Positions 26,001-40,137 of a stretch of 64,000 nucleotides of DNA are shown here, in pieces (the first letter of the stretch is position 1; each line of letters opens with the position of its first letter). The position numbers were made by a program, and so were the translations under genes. Source of the DNA: Tubiluchus corallicola (lineage: Eukaryota; Animalia; Priapulida); NCBI GenBank assembly GCA_030141605.1, contig JAQGDQ010000152.1:372001-436000 (forward strand). The letters are read 5' to 3'. The notes beneath the pieces were generated by a model. It had not been told where the DNA came from, did not search any database, and worked only from the letters and a program-made list of their open reading frames with translations.

Positions 26001-29000
26001 TTTAATACTGAACTCATAATATATACAATAATATAATCCCTAGCTATTGGGAATGTAATGACCCCTAGGTATTGAGAAAGTAAATTGTATGAGCAAGTGA
26101 ATAAACTGTGTTTATGCATATAAAAGTCAGTAACAGCTAACAACTTTTACCACTATTGGTTATTTTTTAAAAAATGCTTATAAAAACAGAAAGCAAACCA
26201 TCTGCATTATGCAACTTTTACAAAAGCGATCTTCACAAAGTTACAGCAATGTAAGCGTACAAAACAATTACAACAAATTTGTCTCTATTTTTCTGTTTGA
26301 ACTGCAGTAGAGACGAGCTTAAAGTTTAGCATATCTGCAACTGCGAAACTTGAATTTTTAAGAAATAAACCAAAAATTTAAAACAGATGCGTGAAAATTT
26401 CAACTGAAAGTGAATTCATGAACACTGACATTATGAAGGCGAAGGCTTGAAGTTCGTGCTGTAAAGTTTACCCAGAAACTGCAGAAAAATGCCAAAACCA
26501 AAGGAGTAATGAAAGTTAAACACGCCGGCAAACTGGTCTACGGATCAGGTGGTGAGATGACAAACGCACATATTGGTACTGCTACCGAATCTGGTACTGA
26601 ATCTACACAGGCTTCTTAACGGATCAAAACATTACAATGTAGAGGGGTGAGGATGAAAACAAGTGGCACTTCACAGACAGTACATTATGAATATTTACTC
26701 TTTTAAATTTCAAATTATAAGAATGGTGGAACTGAAATTATACAAGTGATAGAGCTGGGAAACTCACTGTAACCCCATATTTCACATCTAAGTATCTGTA
26801 CAGCTTCTCGAATTTAGGTAAAAGCACTGATAGCTTGTGACAGGAGTAAATTCTACTCTCTAACTACTCCTTCCATGAAAAAGTATTTCCTACGGTCCAA
26901 TCTGGTTGGGCTTGTAGGTTTACAGAAAGCATCCTCCTTCTTACAATAGTATCTAATAGGCTACAAATTTTTACAATAGTGTCACACTAACCAGTTCCAA
27001 TGCTCAGTTTTCTATATGGCATTGGATGGGCAGGTCCATTTCCAGCTAGCGGACACAGCACCGCCCTAGCTTTGACTTTCCCAGAATCTAGAAAACACAA
27101 AAGTGGCAAGTACACATAGACTTCAAAAACATTTTGATTAAAACATTGATTTTTTTAGTTATTTTCATTCCTTGACAATTCGTCGGTATCTTCAAACTCA
27201 CATTCATCTTTAACTGTAGCTTTTAGTGATGCCAAGTTTTAGGGTTGCCAACCCTAGATATTGTATTCAAGGCTGGAATACGCTCATGTAATTAATAACA
27301 AAGAAATACAAATTTAATAATCACAAGGTATACGGTGAACTGCTCAGGCATGCATGTGAATGTAGCTTTATCTAGAACAGGCTCGTATTCTGACCCTGTG
27401 TTAGCAAAATCTACCACTCACGTGCACACCTGAGCTTACGAAAAGGGAAGGTGCACTGTAGATCATTGTCACCAGTGGTCAGTATCATTCATCGCAGGGT
27501 GTCTCCTCCAGCTCTGTTCACAGGCTTTGCCGCAAACTTGCTGGCTAAGTCCTTTCTCTTAGGGTCAACATTTGGGTAAACTGATTGTCCTTACTAAAGA
27601 CGGTGTAATTGTATTTATAATAAACGGTCAATTCAACTCTATGATTCGTTTTAGATTTAGCTGAAACATTTGATTATATATGCAGCATAATTTAGGACAA
27701 AATGTCATCTGTCCTGCCACCACTAGGAATGGAATGGAAGTCCAATATGATGAAAAAATGCAAATGAGCTGCTCGTTACCCCGCTCGATTTTGAAGTCTA
27801 CCCGAGGTTAACAAAAATGAACCATTTTTGCTTCGTTTTTTAGACTTTTTGTTTTTAAGATATTGAAGTTATTAATCACTTTGGTATTAAAGCACAAGAA
27901 AACAATCTTCACAAATTAAGCTTAAAAAGTTGTCCGAAAATTTTTCATAGCACTTAAATGCTGTCTTATTGCATACAAGGCTTGTGTTAGTAGTAACGCT
28001 GTATAAAACTTGTAAATTTAAATTGCTGCGACTATTACGTGCGACCAATTTTAACGGTAAGTCGTCTGAAACAAGTTTAAATAACATTGTGTAAAGTTTG
28101 AAAAAATAATCAGACTCCTCACTAAGGAAAAGTACAAATTACTGTTATCTTGTTAATAAGATTAAAAATGTATTTTTTGGTGAGTCAGTGGTGCACACTG
28201 GGAAGGTGAGTCAGTGACATTTTACTAGTTTATGCAAACACTTTAAATTAATGAGAATTTTCTTTCCTAGTTATGCAGGTCTTTCAAGCAGGTATCCATA
28301 ATGCAAATATAATTTTGTATAGAAATAATTTAGGACATACTTTAAAATTGATTCCCGCCCTTTTAAGCGCTAATCAACGTTACATAATGGCTGCTTGACA
28401 ATGGCAGAATCCTCACTACAATGGGCAAGGAAATGTCTCGTGACTCAATGGATTTCTATTCTGTCCAACATGAAGAAATAAATCTTGTCTCACTAAACAA
28501 ATATCTTGCAAAAAAAATTCAGTGAAAGGTAAGAAATAAATCAAATACGTACCAGTAAAAAGAGGAGCTACGTTGCCATTGCTGCTCACACCTGTATGCT
28601 CAGGTAACAGCTGCTGCAACCGTTGCCATGCCAACACCTGTACCAACTGATCATCTAACTTGTCCATTTGTGAGTCTGCAAAAACATACTGGACATGTAA
28701 ATCTTATACTGACCACTGGACCAAATTGCTAACTGAAAATAAACTCACAACTGCTGACAAGCACTCTAAATTCTTAATCAGCTCTATTTTAACTTCAGAT
28801 GACTAACTGTAACAGATTCAAAAAATTCCAAAAAGAAGAAGTCCGAGTGAAAAAGTGGATTGGCGAGCAGCAATTCAGCATCTAGTGGTATCAGGGTGAA
28901 AATGATAAAATGGTTGAATGGCAAGACAAGCAAGCTGTAAGCAATTTGTAAGCAACAGTTAGAGGTCTGAGAGGTTTATCTTCTATTACTGATAAAGAGG

Positions 29001-32000
29001 CTAAAATGCAGCAACAGACAAACATAGGACGGTAAGGTTTACTTCAAATCATGCACGACCAGAAGAGAAAGACAAAACTTGTACATACAGCAGTAACCTA
29101 ATATCAAAAAACATTTAGATATCACAATGTTTTAATTTAATTTTATTCATAAATTGTAAATTTAAATCATCAACAAGTTAAATCATAAACAAATATTTAA
29201 TTCTTAAGTCATTGCTGAAATTGACATATAATTTAAAATAAATACATAATTTTAGAATTTAAAATAAATACATAATTTACTACACTGTGCAATTATCGTG
29301 TGCTAAAAATAATACTGTCGAATCCTCCTTGCAAAATTAGCAAACATTTGTAGGTGACAGTTGAGAATACAGCAGGAGTGGTGGCAGTGCTGGCGGTGGT
29401 GGTGGTGGTTGTGGTGGTGGTGGCAGTGCTGGTGGTAGTAGTAGTTTATTCTCAAATTATATGCATGCACGCGTGTATGTACGTATATACATATAAATAT
29501 TCATATCAAAAAACGACAAAACGGTACAACATGTGCGGTAAATACATCCAGTTAAGTGAACAACAAAATTGTAGTTAAAAAAAGATATTACGCTTATTTA
29601 CAATTGTTCGAAATTCAGAAACTTAATCAAGCATCACTCAGAAGAGTAAACAAAGCAAGATTAGAACTTACTATCATTGCCTTCTATGAAAGCCTCCAAC
29701 TGGTTATTGAGAGTAAGAATTGCAGGACTTGAAGGATCAATCTGAATTTCTGACTTCAATTTTGACACATCAGAATTTGCTGAAATAGTGAATGCAATTA
29801 AGAATACTTTAGTGCGGTAAAACATGCAGTTTTACAGCATATATACAGAAGAGCTAAGTAGCTATCATTTTGTAATGGTGACAGACATACATAGTAGCGA
29901 CAATAACTACATTGTTATGGCAATTCTAGAGGTATGCTATAACTACATATTCTCTAAAATTTTGAACACTGAAACAAAATTGAATGTTTCGGTAACATTA
30001 TTTAGAGAAAACGACAAAAACAGCAAAAACACTTGGTCAAATGTAATGCCATTGAATTTATTGCATTTTTATGATATATAATATGCGCTTAATAGGCTCA
30101 CTTTGGGATGACAGTGTTTTGACCCAACCAACCGACTGAACGTTTTAGCCAGTGCGGCTTAGTAGACACTTTAAATATTAGACCTTTAACCAAAATTAAC
30201 TGTATGCTCTTATTTGATCTCAGATATTTGTGCTTGTGAAGTCACAAACAATAATGTCAGGCTACTGCTGCTGCCTCGGGGGCTTAAGAGCAACAGTAAA
30301 CTGATTAAACATTCTGCGAAAAGCAGCAAGAATTTTAAAATGAAATCGCCAGATATGCGATGAAAAGTTTAGTTTGCATAAATTGTTGGGCTGCGAAGTT
30401 AGCTGCGGCAGATGAGTCAATGACAGATTCAAAACAAAACTGCCAGTTAGCATATTAGTGCAAGATAAATGTACCTGCTCACGATACTTATCATGACTGC
30501 TTCTACATGCACTATAGAGCACAAAAGCCAAGGAAATATGACACAGAAGAAGTAAAACACTTATCACATGAAAGTGTGTTGCTTTAAATAAGTGTAGCAG
30601 AACTACTAAGTCAATTAGGCATAGGTATTTGAGTCTAATGGACAAATGATTCTACTAGCTATGAGCCTATATGGCACACACTGTATGAACAATTGCTAAA
30701 TGCAATTGTTATTTACACTATCTTTGTACAACTGCTCATACTATTTGTATGTTCATTTCATTTCACAGATATTCACAAATATACATCCCATAAATATAAT
30801 AAATTATTCACAATAGAAAACGAGTAATTAGCATGAATCAACAATGGAGTGGCAAACGATACTAAACACCATACCTTGACCGAGTGTTAAAGATGTACCC
30901 GAAGACTCTTTTTGAAAATTAGTTGTCCGTGATTGGTCAGAAACAACTGACTGATGGTGAGCAGGTCCTGAGATGGCGTTAGAAAAGCCCGGAGAAGTTT
31001 TACTCCACACACAATTTAGCATACGATTTTGACTAGAAGACACCTAAGGTAAATAAAAAGGACAATAAAAAATGAAATTCTGAAATGGCTCTGCAAAGTA
31101 CAAAACAGTAACGCTAAATTTTGGACAATGTACTCTTAACCTAAAGTCAATTGATGGAGATGTAAATTTAGTACTGGGCCAAAAAATGGGATTGCACCAC
31201 TTAGTTAGAAAAATACAACCACATTTTATAATAAAATACCTAAAACACCAAGTTTCTGGGTATGTGAAACCACTTTATACCACCTACTTTGACACTGCAA
31301 AAAAAACTAGGTGTTAAGGATTTTGCATTATAACACAGGGTATTAAGACATACATAATCTATGCAAATATAAGGACTTTGTTTTGCCAAGAATTTGGGCG
31401 TCATGCCAGATTGGCATTATGAGGGGAGGGGGTGCTATGAGGTTCACTTGAATTTTTCAATGTATCAAATGGACTCAGTAAAGGAAATGTATTTATACAA
31501 CTGAAAAATTCTCAGTGCAATGCCCACTTGAAATGCGAACCAGCAAAATGCTTCACGCATCAACATTTTTTTGGTCTGACACACCCAATGCTCACGGTCT
31601 AATGCTGCACGCTTTCATGAACAACATGCTAAACTTCATTTAAGTATACCGTAACCATAGTAACTTTGTCTGTAGTAACTAATTTGACCTGCTACAAAGT
31701 ATGAACTCTCATTTGATGCCAACTTTCAATCAGTGATGACTCTTTCTCTCAGTTCTCTCACCTTATTTCTAACATAATACTCCTAGGAGAAAATCAGGAG
31801 CAATCGAATCAACATATTAAGACACAATCATATTAGAGACACAACCAGCACAGCATATTAAGAGTCCATTTTTATACATTTACTCTTTTGTTCTAAACTC
31901 TCTTTTGAGCTACGTTAAAAAATGTCACATACCGTTTGACCATTTCCTTTTGATGCCAGATCTACACTCAATTTTCCGTCAACGGATGTAGCATCGCTTA

Positions 32001-35000
32001 AATTATGTAAACTACTATACTCTAAAACAGATTCACTCTTCATATTTACACTTTCAGATAAAATTGGTCCATTTCCAAGTTTCTCATTTTCATCACTCGA
32101 CAGAATGCTGCCGTTTACTAAAGACTGCTTTGCGCCGTCAAGATCACTGGTTAAAGGAGTATCACTCTTGGCCGTCACTGACGTATCAACCGACGATGAA
32201 GACGTGGAAGACTGAGGACTTGTTTTCTCAATGTTTCCCTTGCTTTCTAACATTTGCTTCTTCGCCAGATGGCGTGCAACACCACACTGTAATTGCACTA
32301 CGCTTGCTAACCACTGAAAACAATATTTTCAATTACACTAGTAAAGCAGAAATGGTTACATTTAATAGAAAGACATTCTGCAACGTAAACTGTTGCTGCA
32401 CTAGCTGACGATGGGATTAAGTAATACTAATAAGGAGTAAACTAATAAAGTAATGCACATAATAAACAGCAGTAGCAATGATGCTGAAACACAACTTGGA
32501 ACAATATGACTGGCATTTGCCCCAGTACAGATGTTTATAAAAGCAACCTAAGGTGTCTTGCACATACGACACTTCGTTTCCAAAAAAACTTACACTCACC
32601 CAAGACAATCACAAAGTCTACAGCATCATTACAGCAACTTTTGAAATGTATACAGTTTTAATAACAAATCAGTACATCTTAAACCAGGGGTGTGCAAACT
32701 GTGGCCCGCAGGCCACTTGCGGCCCGCCGAGAGTTCTTGTGCGGCCCGCGAAGAGGTTTGTCAACGTAATGAAGGTGCGGCCCACGAGATCTAGTTGAAG
32801 TCTGCGCCAATATCGCAAAGATAGTGCGGGTAGTTTTTTCCTCTAGATCGGATGGCATTAACCCTTACAAGACCGTTGTCACTTAATGTCATGTCGGACA
32901 TGACGAAATATTTGGTTTTTAATATAAATTTTAATAATTTCTAAAATAGTTTTTTGAGTGTAATATGCAGTACTAATGATGTGACAGATCAGATGCAGAA
33001 AAATCGTTATTAGGTCCTACTGTACTTAGCTCCTTGACCAAACTGCATCTGGCCCACAGTAATTGCGGGAATGTTTAATGTGGCCCGGCTAGTCAGATAA
33101 TTTGCACACCCCTGTCTTAAACTTACAAGGTTTTCTCTCAGTCTACACATCTGTCATTCTTGTAAGTTAATTAATATGCAAAAATGATGCCATACCTGCT
33201 CCTGTTCGTCTAATACATTCAATAAGGTATCAGATGCAGACAAGTTCCAAGAAGATGGAAGCATCGGAGGTGGATTATTATACTGATTCTTAATCGCATC
33301 AGGAACCTAAAATTTCACAAAAAACAACAACATTGTCAAATGAAAACACACTGTTTATAAAAAAACAATAAATTTATCGTACATACAGGAAACAAAGCAC
33401 AATAAAATTATTTTATAAGTGTACTTCTTACCTTTACCGTTCTATTATGCACTTTTCGAATAAATTTATAGCGAAATGGCGGATTTTTGCGGTGCACTTT
33501 CTTCAAAAAGTTCACCTTGACTGTATGTTGATTCACACGGCCACAGAATTGCTCCCACAACTTGACTCGCTCACTGAGTTTAGTACATTTTAACAAATGA
33601 GCATCCTAAAATTAGATGAACAAACAAGTCAGCATCCTAAATAAAAAATCCTGCTACAAATAACAGAGTGCTAATAACCAATTATCAATAAATGAAAATT
33701 TTCTTATACGTATATTCAAAAAAGCTTACAAAACTATATAGTTTTACTATACTGTTTCATAACAGAACATACTATAACTATAATCATGCTATACAATTTT
33801 TTCATGTTGTTTAATGAACAAGAAAGCACTACTAATTTAATTCTATCTGACAATATTGTATTAATACACACAAATGTTGATAAGAAAAACCAAATTTATA
33901 CTTTACATGAAACTTTCTTCAATTGTATATTGTACTAAGACACATATATATATAAAAATAAAAAATGCCCGTACCACAGCATGTTCTGGGTGATTTGGGC
34001 ACATCCACCGCTCAGTGGGGGGAGAAGTAAGAGGCGGATCCAAGCAGTCCAGATGAAACAGAAGGGGGCAAAAATCACACTGTAAGAGTGGCGCCACTCT
34101 GCAGCTTCTGTAACACCAAATAATATGAGCAAAATTTAGCTTTAAAACTATATCTAACATTAATACTTCTCCAGTCCTGTATTTGTAAATTGTTAATACA
34201 AATTATATAGAACAAACCCACGTTTAATCACTTACTGGTTGCACTTGAAACAGAGTTTTGCTGGCAAAGGTACTAGCCCCATATTATCTCTCTCATGGGG
34301 TACCTTTTTCGGACGACCGTTGTTAGAATCAGACCATTTATAAGTACCTAAGAATAAGAAGTGAAAACACGTACATTTCCTTATAGAAAACCACTAATTT
34401 ACGCAGAATTGAACAAAAAGGTCATTTTACAAGGATATATGTATGTAAATCTCGTGATAGAGTATTCATGAAGAAAAGTGGAAAGTGCATTTATGATTAG
34501 AAAAACCTGTTACAGCATCAACGTAACTCAAAAACTGCATGATTTAAAGGAAACATGGAATTTTTTTAGACGTATATACGTATTTTATCACCTATAACAC
34601 CAAAATGTTTCTACTAATTATATGAGCTTAGAAACCTAAATGACAGCTGCAAGCACAGCTAGCAATGACATCAAAACCAAACTCAATTTTTTAATAGCTG
34701 AAATATTCCATGAGCATGCCACATGTGTTTACAAAAGTGAACAGTATTCAAGTACAGAGCTACTGTAAAACACGGTTCATGCCAAATCAACAAATTTTAA
34801 ATTTGAAAGTGTCACTTTTAAATTTGCCATAATGCCAACATGCGATTTCAGGTCATGTGTGACCTTACGAACCAGTATGCGAGTTACACAGTTTAAAATT
34901 GGGTTCTGTTTTCTTTTAAGAGCAGTAAATTCCATATTATAAAATGGCTCCAAAGTGTGCAAAAAATTCTACATTCGTGCATTTCTTATAATACAACAAA

Positions 35001-38000
35001 TAATATGCAACAAGTCCTCACTTAACAACGCTAATGTACTCAAGCAACCATGTTAAGAAAAATGTCGTTAAACGAAGCCAAGACTTCCATAGAAAAAACG
35101 TAAAAGAATTGGGATCAATACTGCTTAAATCACGCAAATTAAGCATTTTATGAGTTTTACTCATGTTTCTACTGATTAATTTCATTCTGTTTGTTTGAAA
35201 CCACCTATATATCTTACATACATAGCTCTGTTTGCTTGAAACCACCTATATATCTTACATACATGCTAGCCGTTTTTTCTTTCGCTGATGTTTAACTCTA
35301 AGCGGGCGTTAAACAATAAACACTGCAGCAGAGTCAAAGGCAATCCCTGAAGTGACCTTAGGAATATTATCTAGATGCTTAGTCTGGTTGCCATATCAAC
35401 AGGTTGCAGGCAAGGCAACACTCCTTGGCATAAAGTTTGCTTCCTGGTCTGGCTTACATACAAACAGCTAACATTTAGTGGTCAAGCGGAAAGCAAAAAC
35501 GTGCGTACTTGTATAATAATTGCAGTGTTTATGTTACTTGTGCATTTTTAGAACAGAATAATGCAATATGTACTGTTTTAGTGCACCAAATTAGATAAAA
35601 AAGTTGTTGATAAGATAAAAATTGGCTTTGAACAAAGTAAGAAAATTGTTGTTAAAAATGAGACGACGTGTTGTTACGCGAAAAAAGGTGTCAAATGTTA
35701 GACATCGTCAAAATGAAACATCGCTAAATGAGGAGTCGTTAAGCGAGGGCTTACTATATAGCAAATGACATCACATAAAGCAAAGCACAACTGTGTTAAG
35801 ACTGACTGATGAACTACATGAAAAAAGTATGAAAAGAACTTTATAAACAAAGAAAAGTATATGTGGATTAGAAAATGGTGTTTATAAAGAAACATCATCA
35901 TAAAACACATTTACAATTTACCTGGTATTTGCACTGTACACTTTATTCTCCCGGGCAGTTCGAACTCTTTCGGATTTAGTCTCTCAGCTGCCTGAATTAG
36001 AACACTCAACGGTGAGTCATTGTCGTCACCGTCGTAATCATCACTCGCTACAATCTCTTTTTGCTCTTGGTGTTCCTCTTTTTGCAATTTTTCACGATGC
36101 AAAGCAGCAATACGCTTGCTTACTCTTTCCTACATATTACAAAAAACATTGTTAAACAATTTGAAACACAAGCAATAATAAAACAACAAACAGACACAAC
36201 TGGAAATTTAAAAATTAAATTCACAGCAGCAGCATGGAAATAATAATAAAAATACATTTTGGATCCTAGTAATAATTTTCTTTTCTTCAAAATCTAATCT
36301 TGAAAATTACAAACCTTTGAACGTCTATCGCGAGATTCTTTTTTCTCCACTTTGGCATTTTCAATTTCTGGCGACTTTTTCTCTGCCTTTTCTTTTTCTT
36401 GTTTTTCTTGTACTGTACCATTTGTCTTTTCGTGTCCTTTTGTATCGGATTTTTCCGGCACGTCTTTCTTTTTCTTTGGAGGTCGCCCTCTTTTAGGAAC
36501 CGGTTTCACCTCTACAGAATTCACTATTTTATCCGACAGCTTATTCTTTATTTGAGAATTATTCTCCAAAAGTTTATTTCTTTCCTGACTTGAAGAGAAC
36601 AAATCATCAAGTGGTTGATTATTGCCATTTTTATCTTTTGCTCTGCTACGACTACTGCTCCGGCTTGTAGAGCTACAGGTAGACAATGTGTCATCTTCTT
36701 GTTTCTGCAGAAAGAAAATATTATAATTTTCTACACATTTGTGCAGTATTATGACGAAGAAGCTTCATTATTTGCAAGAATGATCGAAACGTAATTATAA
36801 AACCCCAGAAATGACAGTAACCAAGGACTTTCGATAAACACCACATTACTTATTCTGTAAAACAGTGTTGAAAATTCAAAACTTTATACTTACTGGTGCA
36901 GTCTTACATCGATGGCACACCCACTCACCAGTTGGTAAATCATCTTCCGTTAAGGGAGGATCGCTAAAAACGAAAGACGTTAACTTATTTACCGCAATGC
37001 TGCAAAAAGATATGTACAAAATTTTCAGGAAGTAATGCATAGCCGGTTGATTAAAAACAAACATCAGTGAATTAATGTAATGATTTAACTTTACTGCAGT
37101 TTTACTGACAAGGAATTTTGGGAAACTACTTACTGGCACAGTAAGTGAAACGATGCCGAACAACGATCGCAACATATCAGGTCTCCACCCTCCTTGCAAC
37201 TATCACAGTAATCATGGTTCGGGACCTTCCCTGGACGATAACGTGGCCTCTCGCGCATCTGTTTCTTGGACCTACGCGCTTCGTCCTCACTCATAGGTGG
37301 TGCGATAAGAGCTTGGATTTGCTAAAAAAGCACCACGTGCAACATTTATCATTTATCTTATTGCATGGTACAAAAAATATATTTAATGCTCATATAATAC
37401 GTGTTGTACATGTTACACAGAAGTAGATGTGTAAAGAAAAATGTTTGCAAGCAGGTTTAAAGTACAACACACTACAAATGCAAACATATGGACACGTATT
37501 AGACCTGCTGTGTTTCACAATACCTCTAACATTAAAGTGCAAATTTGCAGTTGTCAACTGATTACATAGTTAAGACATAATTCGGTATATTTAACGTTAT
37601 TTAATAAGCATACAAATGCTGGTATTAAGAAATAGGATTATTAATAGGCTGTATTAACCTGATAAAATGAACAAAATTATAAGCTTTATCATGCACAGAT
37701 TTAACATTAATAAAATTGTGGTTTATCTTTTATAAGATAGTGCTTATTAACCACAGAATTTCTGCTAGTTTTCTTTTCAGATTAAACTTAACAGCCATAA
37801 AAATCTTACACCACAGTCAACATATACAAAAGTCGGTTTTCTTATAGGGTGAGCACATTCTCTTCTAATTTCGTTAAGCAAAAACAGAAAACTATAAAAC
37901 TTAGCAATGCAAAATGGTCACAAGTCGGGTTTCGCTACAAACATTGGTGATGAGTAGGCCCTGCCACTGAACTAGCAGTATTCAAAGTGCATAAAAATAA

Positions 38001-39261
38001 CCACTTTATTAAACAGTTAGTGTTACTAATTTAGGATTGTTTTTCTCTGACCTTCATCAGGACAGCAAATTCTGGCGATTACTTGGCTGTGAATGTCAAA
38101 TCAAAACAGTTCCCTTGAAGCAAATCACATTTATGTCATCTCGGCCATATGTATATTAAATGCTACACAAGTTACGCTTCTAAAAACTTTCACACATTAT
38201 GGCCGACAGGAAACAATATACAAGTGTGTGATTGTAACAGTCTCAAATATTATTTAAAACTTAGTACTTATTTATTAACGTTAGTACTTATAAGTGTAAC
38301 AATTCAATGAATTTTCCTAACAACCACTAAAACTTTTAAAGTTGAACCCTCCTTGGTCGTGCTAAATTTTATGACAGTACTCACCTACCAATGCTTAATA
38401 CAATTTCAGTTTTTTTAACAACTAAGCTAGTGTTTCATCGCACGTAGCAGCAATACTTTTTTCTTGAATCAGTTGTGTGCATTTTAAGTTTTTAATTTTT
38501 TTTTATAAAACTATTCAAACAGCAGTTCTGCTTTTATAGTAATGAGGATAGATAAGGACATCATATCAGCACAATATTCGGTCAGACAAAAAATATCGCA
38601 CTGCTACTCGAGTCTTTTACCCAATAGTCAGCACTCCTCACTACTTTTTAGTCCTCAATTGCTGATAACTCATGTTACTACTACCCCTCTACATAGATTG
38701 TAAATAAAACAATTGCCTGGACTGCTAATTGGTTTTGAGAAAATTTGAATGCTTAAAGTAGATAAAACGAAATGAAATAAAAATTGCTGATGATACTTGT
38801 AGCTAGTCCAACATGATGTATAAAAAATATAGACTGCAGCATTTTCTTTCTATTTTATTACAAAGATTATTTTCGTTTATTTGAATTTTTTATAGATACA
38901 AATAAACTAATTGCTGTTAGTGTGAGCACTTTTATAATAAAAACTAATAACTTGAATTAAGCTGTCACACTTCTTTTGAACACAGCATTCAAAACTTGAC
39001 TGAGTATTGCTAAGTTTGCAGAGCTCAATTTCCACGCACACAGCTTCAATTAAATCTAGTACTATAAATGAAATTAAAGTAAAAGTTAAATTCGCCATCC
39101 AACGCCCTGAAATTTACCCGAGCTGCCTACTTCACAAAGCCTAAATCAGGCATTCTAAATAAACGTTCAGTTACATGGTGTGCAAGACAAAACTTGTCAA
39201 AAATTTGTATTACCTCCATCAATCCTCCAGAAGTATCTAAATCGTACATAGTAGAACTCAT
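23087..39261 (-). CDS. PHF12: PHD finger protein 12 (Pf1; SIN3/HDAC complex subunit; two PHD fingers plus FHA domain), ~949 aa
   Basis: Minus-strand exons 39261-39214, 37321-37134, 36963-36894, 36704-36315, 36129-35922, 34347-34236, 34107-33975, 33605-33432, 33306-33196, 32313-31933, 31043-30875, 29779-29672, 28675-28553, 27087-26992, 25694-25612, 24098-23865, 23308-23087 (2850 nt, phases consistent). Signatures: [20 protein letters not shown]; PHD1 [20 protein letters not shown]; PHD2 [31 protein letters not shown]; [28 protein letters not shown]; C-terminal [12 protein letters not shown]. The low-complexity middle exons are less certain. Confidence 0.95.
24662..25277. mobile_element. pogo-like MITE (CCGTA ends, TA TSD), family D copy 1
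   Basis: 23-bp terminal inverted repeat ccgtatatacttatgtacaagtc / gacttgtacataagtatatactg (one mismatch), flanked by TA. An inverted relative lies at 63388->64000. Confidence 0.9.
25296..25499. mobile_element. Short fold-back element carrying a hammerhead motif; probable Penelope-like element remnant
   Basis: About 35-bp imperfect inverted ends (aagttaaaatgcccataaatctcaaaaa / tttttgagatttatgcgaattttgactt) enclose the ribozyme at 25339-25388. Confidence 0.6.
25339..25388 (-). ncRNA. Minimal type I hammerhead ribozyme (Penelope-type)
   Basis: Minus strand reads UUUUUGUGCAG-CUGAUGA-U-GUCC-AAGA-GAAC-GAA-A-GC-U-U-CUGAACAAAAA. Stem I has 11 bp with one mismatch, the CUGAUGA and GAAA core is intact, stem II has 3 of 4 pairs, and stem III is the palindromic AGCU. 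Predicted cut between 25350 and 25349. Confidence 0.7.
27891..28300. mobile_element. Kolobok-like element, copy 2 (right end uncertain)
   Basis: Begins ttaa|agcacaagaa. Shares 'gtaacgctgtat', 'tgaaacaagttt', 'tttgaaaaaataatcaga' and 'ggtgagtcag.gacattt' in order with 1765-2393. Confidence 0.7.
29378..29445. repeat. Degenerate (GTG/GTA)n microsatellite
   Basis: gtggtggcagtgctggcggtggtggtggtggtt...gtagtagtagt. It explains the poly-Val ORF at 29354-29578. Confidence 0.85.
32685..33114. mobile_element. hAT/Charlie-type MITE, 430 bp
   Basis: Perfect 14-bp terminal inverted repeat caggggtgtgcaaa / tttgcacacccctg. Perfect 8-bp TSD tcttaaac (32677-32684 and 33115-33122). Subterminal 'ggcccgc' repeats. 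Confidence 0.95.
35008..35756. mobile_element. pogo/Tigger-like MITE, family C, inverted relative to 60665-61367
   Basis: Ends caacaagtcctcacttaac / cgttaagcgagggcttacta|ta. The body aligns in reverse complement with 60665-61367. Contains an internal ~33-bp duplication (gaaaccacctatatatcttacatacat). Confidence 0.85.
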
Positions 39262-39582
39262 TTTCCCTTTAGATCGGTACAATTACTGCAAGATAAATTA
39301 AAAACAGAGTCATTCTTTAACAAATGTTTTTTCGCGCCAATGACCAGTGACTGAACCTTCAAGTCCTCAAATACAAGCTCAGTCAAAAGCAAATTGGAAA
39401 AATTTGCCGACCAAAAATAATCTTATCTAATACAGAAAACACATCAATTATGTTACCATTAATTGTTTTTATAAAACGTGTCCATAATATAAATTAAAAA
39501 TTGAAAAATGTCAGTAAACATTTTAACAAAAAATTAATGTAACACAAACGACTTTTCCACAATTTTAACATGTCGGCAAACA

Positions 39583-39625
39583 GACTACGCATGCGCAGAA
39601 TGAAATTTGGAGAATTGTGGGATTC
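39583..39625. promoter_or_regulatory. Probable PHF12 proximal promoter
   Basis: NRF1-like ACGCATGCGCA about 330 bp upstream of the PHF12 ATG in otherwise very AT-rich DNA. Confidence 0.45.
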
Positions 39626-40137
39626 ATGCAATTCAATTCACATAAAATTTATGTAAAAAATTGTCTAAGACGGACACTGAAAATAATAATTTTTATATAG
39701 TTGCAAACGTCATAATTTTCATAATATGCAGTAATAAAGATTCAAGCACACTGCAAACCAGAATCTAGCATTCAAAGGCACTGCCCGTACTAAATGTAAC
39801 ATCTGTGGCTTTTGTACTGACTGATTGGAGCTTGATAGATTAACGATTAATTTATTATCCCACAAAGACTGTAACTGTGAGTGAAGCCGATTTGTGGCAG
39901 GTCTTTGGTTTAAATTTGCAATTCCCTGCTTAAATTAAACAGGGATCGTTAACTGTGGATTCGTGCAATGTTCAAAAAGTATACAGAGTGGTACATAGTG
40001 TATGAGAATAAGAATTCGTTTGTTTGAATCAGTGCCAACATTAAGACATACATAATGGTATATAATACATGACACTAATACCTAACATTAGAATACATAA
40101 TATCATTAATACATAATACATGATTGGGGCCGCATAA

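Noticed and set aside
29354-29578. Poly-Val ORF
   Set aside because: It is the translation of a (GTG)n microsatellite in a PHF12 intron.
30262-30645. 127-aa minus-strand ORF as an extra PHF12 exon
   Set aside because: The flanking exons already join in phase and the peptide has no PHF12-like features.
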